Positions 28,569 through 32,667 of a DNA stretch of 32,667 nucleotides are shown here, piece by piece. The stretch comes from an uncultured Spirochaetales bacterium (GTDB taxonomy: Bacteria; UBP6; UBA1177). The notes beneath the pieces were generated by a model. It worked only from the letters and a program-made list of their open reading frames with translations. It was not told where the DNA came from and searched no databases. Numbering within the stretch: position 1 is the stretch's first letter; the number at the start of each line of letters is the position of its first letter. The position numbers were made by a program, and so were the translations under genes. The stretch covers positions 1 to 32,667 of the forward strand of contig CACZFE010000028.1 of NCBI GenBank assembly GCA_902780365.1, read 5' to 3'.

Positions 28569-29525
28569 TCAACACTTTCCATCCGAATACCCTTGATAAG
28601 CTGATTTCAGAATCTTCTCAAATCGGATTCTGATTCCCTGCTTATAATATTCCTTCCTGACTGCACTGCAAATCGGAATCCCTTCATAGGATTCAGGAAC
28701 ATCATCAATCAGTTTATATATATCCTGAAGATGGTTTTCTATCAGCGGAACATTTCTTTTTACAGCATCCCGCAAACCCGGGCAATCCATCATAATAAGT
28801 TTTGGACCGCTGAGAATATGACCATCTACTTCATAAGCCGTTACTGAAGCCCCCAGAACATCTCTCTCCAACTTATCTTTTTGCATATGCATTACTATTT
28901 GTTCATCCGATGTTTTATTGGAAAAAGCGTTCCCGTTATCATACACAGGAGCTATTTTGTAAATTTCCCCATTGAAAACCAACCCCCAGTTGCCGTTATT
29001 CCGATCATTGTTATCGATAAGAATATCAACAACCACCATGTCCCAAAAATGTTCCTTCAAGCCTTCGACATTTTTGAGATGACGATTCTCTTCCAAATGA
29101 AACAAAAGCTCCGGCAGATTTACTCTGTCACCTGATTTTGATTCAGCAAAACCCTCAAGTTCTTCTGTCCGTTCTTCACTATACGCATTTTTTATTGTGC
29201 GTATTTCAGACAATCCTCCGCGAATTACGCAAAAATCCTTGCAGGCAACAACTACTTTGCCTTTCTTTATGCCAAGCAGCGTCTTGTGGACATCGTAGCC
29301 CAGAATCTCGTAGACATGACTCCCGAGATATTCCGACAGCGGTGCGGTCGTATAGGAAATATTACGAGCATTATTCCTCATTCCTCGAGTAGTCTTAGGA
29401 TACTTTATAAACCAAAACTCCCCGTCAATCAGTATACCGTCTTTGTTTCCGCCATTACCACCGTATATTCCGTCACGGTTGCTGAGAGGAAAAAGTTTTT
29501 CGTCATCAAAATTGTATATCTGCAT
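28569..29525 (-). CDS. HipA-family (HipA_C-like) Ser/Thr kinase, putative toxin
   Basis: I chose the ATG at 29525; the track ORF begins at an upstream GTG. 318 aa with the G-rich loop YGGNGGNKDG, the catalytic-loop-like ILIDNNDRNNGNWGLVF, and KIAPVYDNGNAF matching the HipA AP-x-YD motif. Confidence 0.6.
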   Translation of the reverse strand: MQIYNFDDEKLFPLSNRDGIYGGNGGNKDGILIDGEFWFIKYPKTTRGMRNNARNISYTTAPLSEYLGSHVYEILGYDVHKTLLGIKKGKVVVACKDFCVIRGGLSEIRTIKNAYSEERTEELEGFAESKSGDRVNLPELLFHLEENRHLKNVEGLKEHFWDMVVVDILIDNNDRNNGNWGLVFNGEIYKIAPVYDNGNAFSNKTSDEQIVMHMQKDKLERDVLGASVTAYEVDGHILSGPKLIMMDCPGLRDAVKRNVPLIENHLQDIYKLIDDVPESYEGIPICSAVRKEYYKQGIRIRFEKILKSAYQGYSDGKC

Positions 29526-29527
29526 TT

Positions 29528-29761
29528 TTACCACTCCGGGTATCTGGAGACAATAATATCCCACTGTTTTTGATTCATATGCCCACTGGCTACAGATGCT
29601 TTGCACAACATATCTACGGCTCTTGCCATACCGAAATACTGCGGATCGCCTTCCCGATCATATCTTTCGCAGTCTTCGATTGTATTTCTAAGCACTTCGC
29701 CATGAATAGGGAATTCGATTTTTACATCATCATTGATCCAACGGTATTGCACTGATCTCAT
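29528..29761 (-). CDS. 77-aa protein of unknown family, candidate cognate antitoxin/partner of the kinase
   Basis: AAGGAG lies 6 nt upstream of the ATG at 29761. Its stop TAA (29528-29530) is 2 nt from the kinase ATG. No HTH is recognisable. Confidence 0.5.
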   Translation of the reverse strand: MRSVQYRWINDDVKIEFPIHGEVLRNTIEDCERYDREGDPQYFGMARAVDMLCKASVASGHMNQKQWDIIVSRYPEW

Positions 29762-29980
29762 TTACATCTCCTTTCTATTCCCCTCGCCTTTTGAAGACAT
29801 TTGACCCCTCAGACAACCTGCGGTTGCCGTATAGCCCTCTCCGGCAGCCCCGGCTGCCACCTCTCCCTGAGTGAGAGGCAGGGAAAGACTTGGCCCGCCC
29901 TTCTCAGCTCCTACTTCAGGGGAGCCTATAGAGGTGCCCGCATTGTATGCCGCCATAATTATAGTGATAGTCGGTGTCAT
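29762..29980 (-). pseudogene. Orphan GT2 5' stub fused to repeat copy D
   Basis: Encodes MTPTITIIMAAYNAGTS, close to the N-terminus of the intact GT2 (ITIIMAAYNAGTS), followed only by repeat-derived sequence. It ends with TAA directly before the 77-aa gene ATG. Its start overlaps the upstream gene stop (ATGA). Confidence 0.6.
29778..29935. repeat. Mosaic GC-rich hairpin repeats, copy D
   Basis: 29852-29880 is the reverse complement of 11953-11981 (29/29). 29803-29828 is the reverse complement of 31673-31698 (24/26, both mismatches in the hairpin loop). 29780-29792 is identical to 28434-28446. Confidence 0.85.
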
Positions 29981-31446
29981 TTTTCAACCACCTCCCAATG
30001 ACCGCCTTTGTCTGGACCGATACGGCGGATAAGATTTTCTTTTTGCATTTCGCTCAACATCTTTTTGACAGTCGTATGACCTAATCCCAGTTCTTCTTCC
30101 AATTTTACTATTGTGATAAAACTATCGTTTTTAATGGCGGCAAGTATTTGGCGGATTTTTTCTGGCCACTTTTCTGGCCACTTTTCTGGCCATTTTTCTA
30201 TTTTCTGGTCACTTTCTGTACCCTTTTCATTTCCCTGTATATTTCCTTCCTCTCCGGCATTCAATTCAAAAGGTGCGGCATCTATCTTGTTGAACGGAAT
30301 TGTGACTACGATAAAATTCTTTTTGACAGCGATTGTATCGCGTCCGTATGCCTTGACGATCGTTGGAACACCGCGCCCTGAACGCTCGCTAAGCCTGAGC
30401 TGAAGGAAAATCGAGGCAAGTGCTTCGTTTACGGGAATGCTGACTCCATTATAAAAACCTTCTAGATCCTGTTCGATTCCAAGCCCGCCGTGGGAGACGA
30501 TTTCTATTCTGTCGGTGAACACGCTTATCATCGGGGCATTCATGGCAAGCCATTTGTTGTGAATGAAAGCATTCAAAAGTGCTTCGTGGAAAGCCTCGTA
30601 ATCAAAAAGAGGAACATCTTTGCGTTCCGAAATACGCCCGCGTTCGTCAGCCTGAATGATGTTTATAGCGTCGCCGTATTCCAGTATTTTATCCATGGAA
30701 TACAAAATGCAGGAATTTCCGTATTCTTTCACGGAAAAAAGAGTGTCAGCCTTGGTTTTTCCGCTGAAAACAGAAACGCGGATCGGAATATCATTTGAAT
30801 CGGCAAGCAGGAGTGCCATTATGTTGTAGCGGCCGTCTGCTGTCAGCAGTTTGAGCGTTTTCTTAAAGGTGTCACGTCTGAGTCTGATCCCTTTTGCACC
30901 GTAATACAAAAAGAGTTTCTCGAAAGTCAGATCCTGCGCATAATCAGGTGAGGCAGTGTTCACGATAGTAGGAATTCCGTTTGAAAGCACGTTCAGCAGA
31001 CGGATTTCCCACTCCGGAAATTTTGAAATCTTTTCCTTGCTTGAACCTATCCGGATAAACGTCTGGTTCATGAACTTTGTCGGAACGGATTTCGCGGCAG
31101 GAACAGTCAGCAAAACAATTCTTTTGCCGGAAATTTCAGCTTCATCGACTTCAAACGCAAGACTCGGCTTTAAGTGGCGTGCAAGGTAATGTTTGTAAGG
31201 TTCGTGCTCGATATCCTTGTCGAAATTAACCGTTGTTCCGGTAATTTCATGCGTTTTGTCACTCACACCCCAGACAATATAGCCGTATTCCCGCCCGCTC
31301 AAAGCCGCGCCGTTGGAAATCGCGGAAATATATTCACCGATTTCGTCCTTTGAAAACCAGTTCTCTTTGAAATCGAGCCATTCGTATTCGTGCGGAAGCA
31401 AAATCAGGTTCGTGACAGTGTCAATTATGTTGAGGGCGGGTGTCAT
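29977..31446 (-). CDS. AlbA_2 (Schlafen-like) / HATPase_c_4-like / C-terminal wHTH protein, of the class often annotated as RecG-like transcriptional regulator
   Basis: 489 aa. N-terminal HEYEWLDFKENW...AISNGAALSGREYGYIVWGV. Middle FHEALLNAFIHNKWLAMNAPMISVFTDRIEIVSHGGL. C-terminal ITIVKLEEELGLGHTTVKKMLSEMQKENLIRRIG. AAGGAG RBS is present. Confidence 0.8.
   Translation of the reverse strand: MTPALNIIDTVTNLILLPHEYEWLDFKENWFSKDEIGEYISAISNGAALSGREYGYIVWGVSDKTHEITGTTVNFDKDIEHEPYKHYLARHLKPSLAFEVDEAEISGKRIVLLTVPAAKSVPTKFMNQTFIRIGSSKEKISKFPEWEIRLLNVLSNGIPTIVNTASPDYAQDLTFEKLFLYYGAKGIRLRRDTFKKTLKLLTADGRYNIMALLLADSNDIPIRVSVFSGKTKADTLFSVKEYGNSCILYSMDKILEYGDAINIIQADERGRISERKDVPLFDYEAFHEALLNAFIHNKWLAMNAPMISVFTDRIEIVSHGGLGIEQDLEGFYNGVSIPVNEALASIFLQLRLSERSGRGVPTIVKAYGRDTIAVKKNFIVVTIPFNKIDAAPFELNAGEEGNIQGNEKGTESDQKIEKWPEKWPEKWPEKIRQILAAIKNDSFITIVKLEEELGLGHTTVKKMLSEMQKENLIRRIGPDKGGHWEVVEK
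30158..30193. repeat. 12-nt tandem repeat x3 (TTTTCTGGCCAC), coding (EKWP)3
   Basis: Units at 30158-30169, 30170-30181 and 30182-30193 (last base differs), followed by a degenerate copy. It lies in the linker before the wHTH. Confidence 0.9.
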
Positions 31447-31462
31447 TTATTTATCTCCTTCT

Positions 31463-31484
31463 GAGACGCATCAGGTTACGTCTC
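31463..31484. repeat. GAGACG-N10-CGTCTC hairpin module immediately upstream of the AlbA_2-gene RBS
   Basis: GAGACGCATCAGGTTACGTCTC. Related to 13894-13915 (reverse complement) and to the palindrome at 28448-28469. Confidence 0.7.
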
Positions 31485-31547
31485 TACAAAAAAACGCATC
31501 TCGCGCGTGAAACATATTGAAATTAGTGAAAAAGTCAACAAATACAA

Positions 31548-31702
31548 ACCCCTCCGTCACTGCGTGACACCTCCCAGACCCCTCAGCCGCTTTGCGGCAG
31601 CTCCCCTACCTCAGGGGAGCCTTGACGGGGAGGCAAGAATCGGTAGAAAGGCGCCCCTAAATTAGGGGAGCTGGCAACCAAAGGTTGTCTGAGGGGTCTC
31701 TT
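31548..31702. repeat. Mosaic GC-rich hairpin repeats, copy E
   Basis: Contains the hairpins GTCAC-TGC-GTGAC, GCCGC-TTT-GCGGC, GCTCCCCT-ACCTC-AGGGGAGC, GCGCCCCT-AAATT-AGGGGAGC and GGCAACC-AAA-GGTTGTC+TGAGGGGTC. Module order is colinear with copy B. Confidence 0.85.
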
Positions 31703-31733
31703 CTCGCATTTCCAAAAAAATTCAGTATAATGC
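31703..31733 (+). promoter_or_regulatory. 31-nt promoter-like block facing the capE/fnlA-like gene, with TATAAT at 31726-31731
   Basis: CTCGCATTTCCAAAAAAATTCAGTATAATGC. It matches the minus strand of 12018-12048 at 29/31 and lies 43 nt upstream of the ATG at 31774. Confidence 0.4.
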
Positions 31734-31773
31734 ACCGTTTTTGTTGATGTTCACTTTTTAAACGAGGTTGAAG

Positions 31774-32667
31774 ATGACTGAATTTAACGGCGCGACGCTG
31801 ATGATCACGGGCGGAACGGGCTCGTTCGGAAATACCGTTCTCAAACATTTCCTCACTTCCGATATCGCTCAGATCCGAATTTTCTCGCGTGACGAGAAGA
31901 AGCAGGACGATATGCGCCACGACTTGCAGGCGAAATATCCCGATTATGCTAAAAAAGTTAAATTTTATGTCGGCGATGTCCGTGATCCGCGTTCTCTGGC
32001 TGACGCGATGCCGGGTGTCGACTATATTTTCCACGCAGCCGCATTGAAACAGGTCCCCTCTTGCGAATTCTTCCCGATGCAGGCGGTAAAAACCAATGTT
32101 GAAGGGACCGACAACATGCTTCACGCTGCAATAAATGCGGGTGTAAAGAGAGTCGTCTGCCTCAGCACTGACAAAGCCGCTTATCCGATAAACGCGATGG
32201 GGATAAGCAAGGCGATGATGGAACACGTCATCTATGCGAACGCGAGAGTCGCTGCAGAGCGTGGCGGAACTGTTATCTGCTGCACCCGTTACGGCAACGT
32301 AATGTGCAGCCGCGGTTCGGTAATCCCGCTTTTCATCGACCAGATCCACGCCGGAAATCCGATAACGATAACAGACCCGAACATGACGCGTTTCCTGATG
32401 AACCTTGACGAGGCGGTAGAACTTGTCAGATTCGCTTTCGGGCACGCAAATCCGGGCGATCTCTTCATCCAGAAAGCAGACGCTTCGACGATCGGAGACC
32501 TGGCAAAGGCTGTGCAGAAACTTTTCGGCGACACCGGAACCAACATCATCGGCACAAGGCATGGCGAAAAACTTTACGAAACCCTTATGACAAGAGAGGA
32601 AAGGCTCCGTTCCGAAGATATGGGAAAATACTTCAGAGTCGCAGCCGACAACCGCGACCTCAACTAC
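31774..32667 (+). CDS. UDP-N-acetylglucosamine 4,6-dehydratase/5-epimerase (CapE/FnlA/WbjB family), 3'-truncated by the window edge
   Basis: Not in the ORF track because it has no stop in the window. GAGG RBS is present. My own translation gives MTEFNGATLMITGGTGSFGNTVLKHFL...IRIFSRDEKKQDDM...HAAALKQVPSCEFFP...CLSTDKAAYPINAMGISKAMME...TRYGNVMCSRGSVIPLFIDQI...TDPNMTRFLM...GTRHGEKLYETLMTREE...RDLNY. These are hallmark CapE/FnlA strings. Confidence 0.9.
   Translation, partial: MTEFNGATLMITGGTGSFGNTVLKHFLTSDIAQIRIFSRDEKKQDDMRHDLQAKYPDYAKKVKFYVGDVRDPRSLADAMPGVDYIFHAAALKQVPSCEFFPMQAVKTNVEGTDNMLHAAINAGVKRVVCLSTDKAAYPINAMGISKAMMEHVIYANARVAAERGGTVICCTRYGNVMCSRGSVIPLFIDQIHAGNPITITDPNMTRFLMNLDEAVELVRFAFGHANPGDLFIQKADASTIGDLAKAVQKLFGDTGTNIIGTRHGEKLYETLMTREERLRSEDMGKYFRVAADNRDLNY

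Noticed and set aside
10545-31702. Could the GC-rich repeats be a CRISPR array or CRISPR remnants?
   Set aside because: There is no regular repeat-spacer periodicity. The modules are heterogeneous, occur in both orientations and are kilobases apart. No cas genes are present.
12018-31733. Inverted 31-nt blocks as ends of an invertible (phase-variable) segment
   Set aside because: The blocks are ~19.7 kb apart, there is no adjacent invertase, and each already faces a gene in a productive orientation. I kept this only as a promoter/boundary hypothesis, not an inversion switch.
31657-32562. 301-aa minus-strand ORF in the track
   Set aside because: It is antisense to a clearly recognisable CapE/FnlA-like gene on the plus strand. 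It has no motifs and a biased R/S/C composition. It is a shadow ORF.

Overview
Chromosomal segment from a diderm bacterium, inferred from the lipobox lipoproteins and beta-barrel OMPs. Positions 1-12 kb carry ordinary housekeeping genes: coaE, an OMP plus lipoprotein pair, an HD hydrolase, an S9 peptidase, a Xer-type recombinase, thiL, a DUF192 protein and ugd. Positions 12-31.7 kb are a visibly AT-richer, Wzx/Wzy-type surface-polysaccharide locus. It encodes two GT4 enzymes, one GT2, LicD, a TarI-like cytidylyltransferase, a pyruvyltransferase, an SDR, two acyl/acetyltransferases and a deacetylase. A capE/fnlA-like dehydratase runs off the right edge and is absent from the ORF track. Four defence or toxin-type modules sit inside the glycan locus: (i) AbiEi/AbiEii; (ii) an overlapping 4-TM protein plus 338-aa soluble protein with Kiwa (KwaA/KwaB)-like architecture; (iii) a translationally coupled 77-aa protein plus a divergent, N-terminally short HipA-family kinase; (iv) an AlbA_2/Schlafen-like, HATPase-like, wHTH protein. 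The least expected signal is a family of GC-rich mosaic hairpin repeat modules at five or more sites, all at module boundaries. One copy sits in frame inside the GT2 gene, adding about 26-28 codons. Another follows a duplicated GT2 5' stub next to the HipA-like module. Colinear copies plus an inverted 31-nt promoter-like block bracket the whole ~19.7-kb variable region. No rRNA, tRNA, CRISPR array or transposase was seen.
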